Of a stretch of 64,000 nt of DNA, positions 25,762 through 37,500 are shown piece after piece; within the stretch, counting starts at the first letter, position 1; each line of letters begins with the position of its first letter. The notes below the pieces were generated by a model. The model saw only the letters and a program-made list of their open reading frames with translations. It searched no databases and was not told the origin of the DNA. A program made the position numbers and the translations under genes. The stretch is from an uncultured virus (IMG/VR IMGVR_UViG_3300043427_002950) (lineage: Duplodnaviria > Heunggongvirae > Uroviricota > Caudoviricetes): positions 1 to 64,000 of the IMG/VR virus record IMGVR_UViG_3300043427_002950. The stretch is one strand, 5' to 3'.

Positions 25762-28700
25762 AAGCCCAGCAACTCAAGTAATAGATCAATATCTTATTGA
25801 CTTGCTGGGTCTTCAAGATGAATACGAACTTAATTGGGAAGATTATTTTCGATCATTAAGAGAAGCATCTATTGCTGCTCGCATGAGTGATACAAAATAT
25901 ACTTCAGATCAATCTAAATTAATTACGGATGAATTAAAAAGAGTAAAATCTGAAGATAAGTCTACAGTATTTACAACTGGTGTAAAGAAAAAGAAAGTAA
26001 ATAAAACAAAAGTAAACGCATCAAAAGTAACTTCAATAAGTACTTTTGTTCAAAAGCAAAGAAAAAGCCCTGCTGCAAATATAAAGCCAGCACAAAATTT
26101 ACTTCCACCTTCTTTTGAACAGAAAGAACCCCCTCAAAATTTATTACCACAATCAAAAAAAGAAAATATTTCTGCTCCTACTGAAAAAAGGGGAGAAAGG
26201 ATTTCTTTAATAAAATTGTTACAAAGTATTGATAAGACTTTAGGATCAATATTAAAAACTCTTCAAGATGGATTTAAATTTGATCAAAAAAGTTCTGAAG
26301 AAGATAGAAAAGGTAGAGAGAGAGGAAGAAGATCAGAAAGTGAAAAACGATTAGAAGGTGGACTTGGTAAAGGTTTAAAGACAATTATAGGTGCAGCTTC
26401 TAAAGCATTATCTCCACTCCAGGATATATTTGACAGAATTAAAAACTTTATAGTATGGGTTTTGCTTGGAAAAGCATTTAATATGTTTATTAAATGGTTT
26501 AGTGATCCTGCAAACCAAAAAACTTTTAACACAATTGTAAAATTTCTTTCAGATCATTGGCTTCTTTTAGTTGGTTCCTATCTGGCATTCGGAACTTCAA
26601 TAGGAAGATTAGTTACTGGTCTTATTGGTAAATTAGCTGGATTTACTATTAAAATGGGCATAGTTATTGCCCAAAAACTCCTTCCATTAATAGGAAAAAT
26701 GGGAGGTAAAGGTAAACTTGCTTTACTTGCTGCGGGTGGATTGGCTGTTGCTGGTGCAGCTCGTGCCTTAGGTGGAAATAAAAACACTGAAGTAGATACT
26801 CCAAGCAAGGAAGAAACTGCTCCAATACCAAAACCAGAAACACCCTCTACAAGTGGATATGCTAAAGGTGGATTAATTGGTTCTGAAAAATCTTCTCCTT
26901 CTGAGAAAAAAGTTAAAGAATTTGGACTTCCTATTCCACTTGAACTTTTACTTGGAGGACCAGCATATCTTCCATTCCTTGCAGCTAAAAAAGGTTTAGA
27001 AAATTTTGATGGCATTAAAGAAGCTGGGTTAAGTGCTACTAAAAAAGCATCTAAATTTAATCCAATATCTTTGTTAGCAAATCAATTCGGTGCGTTTGGG
27101 AAAGATAAAAATCAAAAATCTTCAGTACCTAAATTTGAATCTGGTGGAGTTGTAGGAGAAAGAAATAAAAAATCTTTCCCATTATTAGAAGCTTTAAAAT
27201 ATACACCACTTGGATTAGCATTTCAATCGGGAAAATTTGGTGCAGAAAATTTAGGAAAGGCAGTATCTGGCGGTGCTGGATTAGTAGGTAAGGGTTTAGA
27301 ACTTGGAGGAAAGGCATCTAAAAAAGCACTTGAATTTAGTCCTTTGGGATTACTGCTAAAAGCAGGAAAATTTGGTGCCGAAAATTTGGGCAAAGGTTTA
27401 GAACTTGGAGGAAAGGCATCTAAAAAAGCACTTGAATTTAGTCCTTTAGGATTAGCATTTAAAGCAGGAAAATTTGGTGCAGAAAATTTAGGGAAGGCAG
27501 TATCTAGTGCTGCTGGATTGGCAGGTAAAGCATTTTCGGGATTTGGGAAAGTTGCTTCTGGAGCTGGAGATTTAGTAAAAAGTGGAATAAAAAATACTGT
27601 AAAATTATCCACTTTACCATTAACAGTTGGACTATCTGGATTAAAAGGCGCATCGGATATAGTAAAAGGTGGTATTCTTAAAAATCCAAAAATACAATCA
27701 GAATTAGATAAACTTTCAAAACAAGCAAAAGCAACTGGATTAAATCAAGATCCTAAATTTATTGCTTTAGGTGGAATTGGAGGACTTGCATCAATCATTG
27801 CAGAAAAGTCTGGTCCATTAATTTCACAGCAAGTAAAAAATCAAAATTCCCAGACAAAAACAGGAGGATTTGCTTCTGGTGGCGTGATTGGAACAGACTT
27901 GACAAATGGAATTCCAATTACTGGCGCTGGAAAAGATAATACTCTCATAAAAGCAAAAACTGGTGATGCAGTTCTTACTGAAAAAGATCAGAGTGTATTA
28001 TCAAAAGTAATAAGTGGTGGTGGAATTGGTGCATTTGGTGGACCACTTGGTTCAATGATGGGTGGAGGAATGGGTCTTCTCGGAAATAAGAATAGAGAAG
28101 ATACTACAATTGCTGTAAGAAAAGGAGAAGCAATTTTAACTCCAGAACATCAAACTTCTATATTTCAAAAATTTGGAGTCAATATTCCAGAATGGTTATC
28201 GGGAAGAAAACCAAATAAAGTTGATTCTGATAAAATAAAAACCAAAACTGGGGTTGGATTTTCCAATGGAGGAATTGTTGGTGGATATGCTTCTGGTGGT
28301 ATAGTTGGTGGAACTTCGGTATTAGATCTTGGAAAAAAAATGTCTGGTGATCCAGATCATAAATTTGATCCAACATTAGCACAGTCAATCCCTCTTCTTT
28401 ATAGAATGCTTCAAAGTGGAAGATTTAAGGAGAAGGGTTGGGGAGATAAAAAATTCATGGATCAATTGACCGCAAGGTTACTTGTGGAATCTAAGAATTT
28501 TAGTAGAGCTAAAGAAATGTACAATTCGGATCCAAGAGATCCGAAAGGAAAGGAAGGTTATCATTATTTTTCTGGTTATTCTGGAATGATTGGAAATAAA
28601 AATGCAGATGATGCATATAATTTCCGTGGAAGAGGAGCAATACAATTAACTGGAAGAGATAATTATCAGGGATTTAATAAATGGTTAGCAAGAAATGGTC

Positions 28701-31513
28701 ATAAGGGAGTTGATGTAATTAAAAATCCAGATCTTTTATCTAAAGATCCAAAAGTTCAAGCATTATCCACACTATATTATCTTGAAGATAGAGAGAAAAC
28801 ATTTGGTGTTAATTTTGCCGATATGGCAAAAAAGGGTGATAGCAAATCATTTACTTACAATATAAATGGTGGATATAATCATCTTGCCGAAACTCAAGAT
28901 AATCTACGAAGAATTCAAGGATTATCTGGTGGTGTAAACTATGGCAAAGGTTTTGCACCAGCAGCACCAAAACCTGCAGCACCAGCACCAAGAAATCCAA
29001 TAATGAACATTGCTTCCAGGGCAATGTCATCTATTGGAAATTTCTTTGCTCCTCCAGCATCTGCAGCACCAAAACCTGCAGCACCAAAACCTGCAGCACC
29101 AAAACCAAAAAGATGGGCAATAGATCCTAGAGGGTGGGTTGGCAAGCAAGGTGGTGGAATCGTTAAAAAGCAAGGTGGTGGCATCGTTAAGAAGCAAGGT
29201 GGTGGATTGTCTTCTGGAAAAACAAAAAATATAATGGAAATATTGAGAGAACTTTATGGAATGAGATCTGATTCCTTAGAAAGGCAGGGAAGAACGAATG
29301 ATGCTTATGGACTGAGAGCATCTAAATTAGAAAATTCAAATAAAAACTTCAACGATAAAATTCTAGATTTTTATAATAAATTTATTTTTAATAGAAATAA
29401 ATCTTTCAACGCAAACAAACCTGTTGCTAAAAATGTTCCAAAGAATAGAGGTCCATTTGGTGCAGATTTGGGATTGAAAATAAATCCAATAAAAACAAAT
29501 TATAATTTTAAACCAAGTCAAAATAAGAACCTTGTAAGTACGGCATTTAATCCAAATGTAAAATTAAATGTTCAGCAACCTAAGAAGCAATCTATATCTG
29601 ATAGTTTAAGGGAACTTCGTGAAATGAGAGCAAGGTCACTTGATAGACAAGGTGACACATTGGGTGCATTGGGAGTAAGAGCATCTAATTATAATTTGCC
29701 AAAAATTGATACAAGTAAGTTAAAAGTAGATCCTAAAAAGGCTTATGGAAGTAATTTAAATCTTTCAACTCCCACACCTTCAGCACCACCTCCTCCATCA
29801 ATAGATTCTGCAACAAACTTGCCGATTAAAACAACTACTGATGCCCCACCTCCACCGATTCAACAGAAAGCTGGTGGTGGAATAATTAAAAAAATTACGT
29901 CAGGGATTGGTGGGTTTTTTCAACAAAATAGAAAGAGAGACATTGCTAGAAAAGCTATTAAAAAAACTACTAGCAAATCTTCAGGTATAAAATCTGGAGT
30001 TTCTACTATTACTGGAAAAAAATCTCCATCAGAAAATCAAAAGAAAGGATTTTGGGGAAATGTTTCCGATACAATATCTGGAATAAATTCTGGAGTAAAA
30101 ACAACAAAAGAATCACTTGAAAAAGGAAAATATTTAAAATCTGCAGCAAATTTTTTTGGAGGAATCCCTAAACGAGTTTCAAATATTGGATCTGGAATAG
30201 CAAAAAATCCAAAAATGATGAAAATTGGTGGGGCATTTGGCAAGTTTGGTGGAAGAATGGTTCCTGGTTTAGGCGTTGCTGCAAGTGCTGCTGATGCTGC
30301 GGCAAGAGCAGAGAGGGGTGATAAATTTGGTGCTGCCTTAGCTGGATTTGGTGCTGCATCTGGAGCAACAACACTTGCAACATCTGGTGCGTCATTGACT
30401 GGAGTTGGTGCTGCAATTCCTGCAATTGCTGAAGCAGCATCTATGGTATCTGATGTAGCATTATTAGGAAAAGATATCTGGGACATTTCTACAGCAAAAG
30501 ATCCAGTAAATAAGAAAAAAGATTCTGATGAAAAAAATAAAAAGCAAACGAGTAGATTATACAAAGATACTCTTACATCTAAGGCTGCTAGAATGCAAGG
30601 GGGTGGATTAGTTAATTTTGGTGGAGGTAGAGTTAATATTGCAAATCCCGAAAAATATTATCAGAATCAATTAGAGTCTATGCTTGGTTCTCAATTTGGA
30701 GTTAATTTAAGTACACCACAATCAAGACCAGATAGCATTCAACCATTCCAGCAATTTGGATCTGGACTTGGATCCTTAGGTGAAAGGGCAAGAAATATAT
30801 TTTCACCACTTACTAATTTATTTGGAGGGAGAAGAAATCAAGCATTCCCACAACCACAATCTGCTCCAATAGCACCTACATTACCACAAATGCCACAGGT
30901 TGTTCCTTCTCCCCCAAAGTCAATTCAACCTTCTCCATCAACTTTGTTAGCACCTGTTAAAAAATCCTTGATGCAACAGCAGGCAGATGAACTTCGTGCC
31001 ATGAGAGCAAATTCTTTAGAAAGACAGGGGAGAAGTGCAGATGCTTATGGATTGAAAGCATTTGGAAGTGGAAAGGATTTTTCATCATTTTTTGCGAGGG
31101 GAATGATAATGGAAAATACTGGTATGAATATGCCAGGAGGAACTGCAGACAGACAACTAACTGCTTTACAACCTGGAGAATATGTAGTTCCTAAAGATAC
31201 TGTCGATAGAGTTGGTAAAGGTTTCCTAGATAGTATAGTTGGATCAACAGATTCAAATTCTGCTGCATCTAAAATTGGCGTAAAACCAAATAATGTTGGG
31301 AATAAAATAAAACCATATACATCTAATGGTGGTGGATTACCATCAATGATTAAATTGCCACCCATCACCGAAAACCTACCCACTCAATCAGTACCAGGAG
31401 GAGCAGTCCAAGGGCAACAAGAAGTTGCATTTAATTCAATTTGTACAAACAAAAGTGCTGCAATTGAAAGAAAACGAATTATGGATACTTTAGGATTCAT
31501 TAATCACATTTAG
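25751..31513 (+). CDS. Tape-measure-like virion protein with GH19 lysozyme/chitinase-like domain
   Basis: 1920 aa; hydrophobic helices, repeated FAxGG motifs, LVES..FRGRGAIQLTGRDNY..INGG (GH19). Confidence 0.7.
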   Translation: MDSKSPATQVIDQYLIDLLGLQDEYELNWEDYFRSLREASIAARMSDTKYTSDQSKLITDELKRVKSEDKSTVFTTGVKKKKVNKTKVNASKVTSISTFVQKQRKSPAANIKPAQNLLPPSFEQKEPPQNLLPQSKKENISAPTEKRGERISLIKLLQSIDKTLGSILKTLQDGFKFDQKSSEEDRKGRERGRRSESEKRLEGGLGKGLKTIIGAASKALSPLQDIFDRIKNFIVWVLLGKAFNMFIKWFSDPANQKTFNTIVKFLSDHWLLLVGSYLAFGTSIGRLVTGLIGKLAGFTIKMGIVIAQKLLPLIGKMGGKGKLALLAAGGLAVAGAARALGGNKNTEVDTPSKEETAPIPKPETPSTSGYAKGGLIGSEKSSPSEKKVKEFGLPIPLELLLGGPAYLPFLAAKKGLENFDGIKEAGLSATKKASKFNPISLLANQFGAFGKDKNQKSSVPKFESGGVVGERNKKSFPLLEALKYTPLGLAFQSGKFGAENLGKAVSGGAGLVGKGLELGGKASKKALEFSPLGLLLKAGKFGAENLGKGLELGGKASKKALEFSPLGLAFKAGKFGAENLGKAVSSAAGLAGKAFSGFGKVASGAGDLVKSGIKNTVKLSTLPLTVGLSGLKGASDIVKGGILKNPKIQSELDKLSKQAKATGLNQDPKFIALGGIGGLASIIAEKSGPLISQQVKNQNSQTKTGGFASGGVIGTDLTNGIPITGAGKDNTLIKAKTGDAVLTEKDQSVLSKVISGGGIGAFGGPLGSMMGGGMGLLGNKNREDTTIAVRKGEAILTPEHQTSIFQKFGVNIPEWLSGRKPNKVDSDKIKTKTGVGFSNGGIVGGYASGGIVGGTSVLDLGKKMSGDPDHKFDPTLAQSIPLLYRMLQSGRFKEKGWGDKKFMDQLTARLLVESKNFSRAKEMYNSDPRDPKGKEGYHYFSGYSGMIGNKNADDAYNFRGRGAIQLTGRDNYQGFNKWLARNGHKGVDVIKNPDLLSKDPKVQALSTLYYLEDREKTFGVNFADMAKKGDSKSFTYNINGGYNHLAETQDNLRRIQGLSGGVNYGKGFAPAAPKPAAPAPRNPIMNIASRAMSSIGNFFAPPASAAPKPAAPKPAAPKPKRWAIDPRGWVGKQGGGIVKKQGGGIVKKQGGGLSSGKTKNIMEILRELYGMRSDSLERQGRTNDAYGLRASKLENSNKNFNDKILDFYNKFIFNRNKSFNANKPVAKNVPKNRGPFGADLGLKINPIKTNYNFKPSQNKNLVSTAFNPNVKLNVQQPKKQSISDSLRELREMRARSLDRQGDTLGALGVRASNYNLPKIDTSKLKVDPKKAYGSNLNLSTPTPSAPPPPSIDSATNLPIKTTTDAPPPPIQQKAGGGIIKKITSGIGGFFQQNRKRDIARKAIKKTTSKSSGIKSGVSTITGKKSPSENQKKGFWGNVSDTISGINSGVKTTKESLEKGKYLKSAANFFGGIPKRVSNIGSGIAKNPKMMKIGGAFGKFGGRMVPGLGVAASAADAAARAERGDKFGAALAGFGAASGATTLATSGASLTGVGAAIPAIAEAASMVSDVALLGKDIWDISTAKDPVNKKKDSDEKNKKQTSRLYKDTLTSKAARMQGGGLVNFGGGRVNIANPEKYYQNQLESMLGSQFGVNLSTPQSRPDSIQPFQQFGSGLGSLGERARNIFSPLTNLFGGRRNQAFPQPQSAPIAPTLPQMPQVVPSPPKSIQPSPSTLLAPVKKSLMQQQADELRAMRANSLERQGRSADAYGLKAFGSGKDFSSFFARGMIMENTGMNMPGGTADRQLTALQPGEYVVPKDTVDRVGKGFLDSIVGSTDSNSAASKIGVKPNNVGNKIKPYTSNGGGLPSMIKLPPITENLPTQSVPGGAVQGQQEVAFNSICTNKSAAIERKRIMDTLGFINHI

Positions 31514-31531
31514 CAGAGGAATTAAAGAAAA

Positions 31532-34500
31532 ATGGCTGCAGGAGCTTTAGTAAAAATAACTGGCACAGCAATAAAATCTTCCAAGTTTTTGGGAAAAAAC
31601 ACAGTTAAAAATACTGGCGCAATTACTACAGCTCAAAAAACAAAAAAAATTCCGACCGAAAATTCTTCTAAATTGACAAAGAGAAATATTTCTCAGGGGT
31701 TTGATTTTGCTAGTGGAGTTTATGATGCTTTTAAAAAGAAAGAAGAAGCACCCCAAAAAACTTCTTCCAGTAATGATATTTTAAAAATTGTACAATCGAT
31801 CGAAAAAAAAGTAATTAAAATTGATTTATTATTGAAAAATAAATTAGAATTTTTCAAAAAAAATCAATCCAAAAAAAGAACGGATGCTGAAAGGGAAAGA
31901 TTTAAATCGCAAGAAGAAAAATTAGAATCCCCCAAAAAGTTTGATGTAAAAGAAAATCTCTCTAAATCTTTACCAAAAACTTCACTTTTTGATATAGTAA
32001 AGAGATTTATTTTCTTCACTACATTGGGTTGGTTATATGATAAAATTATTCCATTAGTTCCCGCACTTATAAAAACTTTTGGCAAGATTATGCAAGTAGC
32101 ATATTTTGCCATGGAAGTCTTTGGCGGACTGGCAAATATTTTAACTAAATTTGTAGCTGGTGGAATAAGGTTAGTTAATGGTTTAACAAAAACATTAGCA
32201 GTAATATCGGGAGCAAGAACTGATAAAGAAATTCAAGACTTTGAGAAGAAATTTAATAGGATGATTGATCTTACCATATTGGCAGCAATGCTTGCTGGTG
32301 ATATGGGATTTGATATTTTTGATTTTCTTAAAAAAGGCAACAAAGGAAAAGGAGGTGCTCAAGCAGCGAGAGGGGCAAAGGGTGTTCTTAAGGGAGGAGT
32401 CGGTAGATCAATAAAAAGAATAGCAATAAAACTAGGAGGAAAGGGAGGAGGAAAAGTTGCTCAAAGGTTAACAAAAGGCGTTTCATCTTTTGCAAATAAA
32501 GCAACTGGAGGAATTTTTGCCAGGGGTGGTGGAAGAGCACTTACGAGACTTGCGATAAAGGTAGGTGGAAAAGGTGGTGGGCAATTTGTAAAGGGAGCTG
32601 GAAAGTTTTTAGGTAAAGCTGCTGGACCAATTGCTGCTGTAGCAATGGCAGCATGGGATTTTACCAGCAGAAAAGCATCTGGACAAAGTAATTTACAAGC
32701 TGGAGTTGGAACTGCTGCTGGAGTTGGTGGAGCACTTGCTGGTGCCAAAGGTGGGGCAGTCGTTGGAGCAGCAATAGGAAGTATTATTCCAGGTCTTGGA
32801 ACTGTTTTAGGTGGTATAATAGGCGGGGCAATAGGTGCTGGTGCAGGTGCATGGGCAGCAAGTGGTATTGCAGATAAAGCTACTGGGGCAAATAAAGCAG
32901 TTCCAAAGGAACCAACAATTCCAAATGCTGGATACAGTCTTGGTGGAATAATTAGAAAGTATGAGAACGGTGGAGTTATAAGACCGACAAGACAAAAACC
33001 ACAAGAAACACAAGTAGGAAAAGATGTTGGTGGTTATAATGAAATATCAAAACTTTTCCCAGATCCAACTGGAGCAGGGAAAGGTACTGGGGGAGGAAGT
33101 ACTGAAGGTATTAAATCAAACAATCAAATGGTTTGGTGGAATCCTTTTACTTGGGGAAGTAAAGAACAACCTCAACAAACACAAGAATCTGAGCCAACTA
33201 TAGATGGACCATCTGGTGGTGCTTTAAAATCATTAAAAGATACTTCATCTACTTTCAAAAAAATTCCATTTGTAGGTGAATTGATGGGCATCTCAGTTGA
33301 TATTGCGATGGGACAAAAACCAGACAAATCTTTTTATTCAAGAATTTCTAAAGGACTTGTTTTTCTAGCTCAAAAATTATCAACTACAAAATCTTTGAAT
33401 CTTGTTTCAGATGTGGGTGGAGAAGTTCAGAGATTGGCAACAGGTGGAATTGCAGAAACTGTAAATCAAGATTTTACAAACATAAGATTTACTGAAAAGT
33501 CTGTAGAGGAAGTTTCAGATACTTTGTCAGTTATAATGGAAAAGGGTGCAAATGATGCATTAACTGATATTAGAAAAGAAATTTTAAGATCAAAAATTTC
33601 TATTTCTAAAAAAAGTGTTGATGACTCTAGAGGTGGAAGTAGTGGTGGAGGAAGTGATCCAAATTTTGGTGGAGGTGCTGAAGTAACACCTGGAGATGAT
33701 TCTGGTGGTAATTACGATGATACTCCCCATGGACAACCTGGAGGAGCTCCTGTAAAAACAACATCTGGATTTAATGGCGGCAAAGGAAATAAAAGTAGAA
33801 AAATATTTTTACATTGGACCGCAGGATCGTATTCTACTCCATTTAGTAATTATCACACTACATTTTTGGGGGATGGTCGTGCTGTTAGATACACACCTTA
33901 TGGTGAAGATAAGGGAACGCATACTGGAGGAGGAAATACAAATTCGGTAGGTCTTTCTATTGCTGCAATGGGTGGAGAAGGGACGGGCCCAAATAATTTT
34001 GGAAAGTACCCCCCAACATCTGCCCAAGTAAGTGCTATGGCACTTGAAGCAGCAAGATTAGCAGTTGCTTGGGGATGGGACGAATCTACAATTGATTCTA
34101 ATGTAAGAACTCATGGAGAATGGGAAAGATTTGGAACTAGTACTGGAATTCTTTCTGGAAAACCACAGAGATGGGATTTAGATAAACTTCAACAATCTGA
34201 CCAAAACAATAGTGGAGGAAATAAACTCCGCAAGATGATAAAAGGATACTTTAAACAATTAAAGAAAGGATCATCCACAGATTCTTCTACTGGAACTACT
34301 AAAGTAACCTCAAGCGGTGCTACTTTACGAGAGATGTCTTTAGCATCGGCGACAGAAGTTGTTGGTGATATTAAATCTGGAGCTGGAGCTGGATCTAGAG
34401 GTGTTGAAGTATCTGGTGGTGGAGCAGATTTTTGGGCTCTTGCTGCTATTGCTTCTCTTGAAAATGGAAATCCTCAAGGACAAGCAGATGTTGCTCAGTC

Positions 34501-37500
34501 AATTTATAACAGATTATTATCAAAATTAAATTTTGGGCAATCTTCTAATACTATTAAAGGACATATTATAGCACCAAAACAGTATTCACCTGTTCATGAA
34601 AGTAACCCAGCATTATGGGCAGCAATTGTTGATAAAGAAAGTGCTATAAAAGCCGTAGAGTCTCATAAAAATGGTAAAGGAAGAGGTAAAAAAATAGTAG
34701 AAGAAGCATCTAAAAATATAAAGAATCCAGGATTGCAGCAATCTGCAAAAGAATTTATTGGTGGAAGAACAGATTTTTGGGCAACAAGTATTGGTATGCC
34801 CTCTTCTGGACATAGTTTTATAGTAAGACATGGACACAGATTTGGTTATTTTGCTGGACCAGCTGCGATAGCATACGGAAGAAAAAATCCACCAGTTGCT
34901 GAGGTTCCATCTCTTGGAGTAAATGTAACTATAAAACCAGGAAAACCCCAAAAACCCGAATCCAACGCTGATGCAGGTGATAAATCAAATAAACCTTCTG
35001 GACCTAAAACATTTCCACTTCCTAAGGGAAGGGTAGGAACTGATTCTGGGCAAGTATGGGGAGCACCAAGATCTTATGGACCACATGCTGGAGTTGATGT
35101 TGTTGAAAATCCACCTTATGGTGATCCTAAAATACCAGTAGTTGCATATAGATCTGGAAAAGTAATTAATTCTACCCCAGATTATCCATATCAAAGGTCT
35201 GGATATACATCAAACTTATCGATTGATCATGGAGGTGGATTAAAAGTAACATACTTGCACATGACACCTGGATTAAAACCAGGAGATACAGTCCAATCGG
35301 GTCAAAAACTTGGTAAGTTGATACCACTGGGATCCGCTCCTGATTTTATGCAAACTCATTTGCATTTCCAAGCATATCAAGATAACAAATTAATAAATCC
35401 AACTAATATTTTAAAATCTGCATTCCATGGTAGTTTTGTTTCCAAGGAAGGAACTTATCAACTTCATGAAGGTGAGTTTGTCGTAGATAAAGATAGTGTT
35501 AATCTTTTGGGAATTGATTTTTTTAAATCCCTTAACTCAATTGAAAATAAAATTTCTCTAAATAAAATCGCTCCAGATTTAATCTCAAGGATACAAGAAA
35601 CAACAAGAGGAGGAGCATATTTAAGTCAGCATTATCCAGATGAAAAACATGCAGAAGAAATTGATTCTTCCAATCCAAGTTCATCAAAAGAAACATCGTC
35701 AAATCTTGAGTTAGCTATCAAAAATGAAGAATCAAAGGCAGAAAAAGAAGATGAGAAGGAAGATGAAAAAGAAGATGATAAGAATCAAAGAGTAAAAGTA
35801 ATCCCAGCAAGTCACCCCCAAACGGGAAGAGGATTTGCAATTAAAGGAGTTACTGATGGTAATGGAAGACCTTTAATTCTTTCTAAGGGTGGAATAAAAG
35901 CATTTGGTGAAATGATGCAGGACTCAAAAGGTGCTGTAAAGGGATCTGACGTTGCAAGTGGAAAAAGAAGTGTTGCTCATAATAGGAAAGTTGGTGGAGT
36001 TCCAAATTCAAATCATCTTGGAGGGAACGCTTTAGATATTCATGGAACATCAGAACCATGGATGAGAAGACATGGAAAGACATATGGTTGGATAGTTAAT
36101 GATTACCCAGGATCTCATGGAGGTCACTTTGATTATAAAGGTGATGATAAAGATTCTGGGGGAGATACTTTAGCAACAATGTCTTCAGACTCTACAATTG
36201 ATTCTGTAACTGATTACAGTACGTCTCCTTCTCGGGGAGGCGGAAGTGGTGGTGGAGGGGGAGGTGGTGCCCCTTCTGGTGGTGGAGGGGGAGGTGGTGC
36301 CCCTCCTGGGAATGATCCAGTAGACATTGAAGCAGAGCCAACTGAGACATTGATACCTGGAAAACCATCAAAATCAAAACCAGGATCAAAAGGTGAAGAA
36401 GATTTAACTTTAGATATACTTGGAAGTTATGAAGGTCTTAGACTTGAAGCATATCCAGATGCAATTTATGGATGGGGGGTTCCGACAATTGGATTTGGTG
36501 CTACAAAAATAAATGGAAGACCAGTAAAGGCAGGGGATAAAATTACAAAAGAGCAAGCATATGCATTGAAAAAACATGATATGGAAAGGCATAAAGATAG
36601 AGTTGTTCAACAATTGGGCAAAGAATCTTTAGATAAACTTCCAGCACATGTTAGAATTCCTCTTATGTCAATAGCATTTAATTATGGAAGCCTTCCATCT
36701 GGTGTTTCTGAAAGAGTTAAATCTGGATTGGCTAAAGGAGATTACACTGAACTCGCTGATTATATTGAAAATAGATTGGGACGCCATGATAAGGGAATTA
36801 ATCAATGGAGAAGAAGTGACGAAGCAAAAATTATAAGAACTGGAAAAAGTGGCAGGTTGCAAGGATTTGATGCAAGTCCAAATGCAATAGCAAAACTTGA
36901 AAGAGATGAAAAATCAAAGGATGGAGAAAGACCCACAGAAGCTGGTGGAGATCCTGGTGACATTGAAAAGGATCAGCAGATTGCAGGATCAACAAAGGAT
37001 AAAAGATATGGAAGATTAGGAGTTCCAAATACCGATGGTCAAGATACTGGTGCTGACCTTGAATTGTTTGGAAGAAGAGGTGAAATTGGAAAAAGCTTTG
37101 GCGATAATGATAAGAGTGGGCCATATGGAAATAGAGGTGTAGAAATTTCTTTCCCATATGAATTGGTCTACTTAGATAAAATTCCAGGAGGAAGAAATGC
37201 TGGAAGGAAATCTATAGATGTTGATGGCACTCAAAGAAGAGTTTATAAAGGTGCAGAAGGTTCTGCTGGATTTGGAAATGTTGGATCTTATTTTTATAAG
37301 GACCCAAGAACTGGAAAAATGTTTGAAGTTATGATGGGACATGGAAATAAACCATTTAAGAAATTTAAAAATGGTGAAAAAATCCCAGCAGGAACAGTTG
37401 TTGGATGGCAGGGTGCTTCTGGATCTAGTGACAGTATGCAGGGTGGTGTCTATGATCACGTATCTTTCCATGTTAATGCAGTTGATGGTGGTGATCCTGG

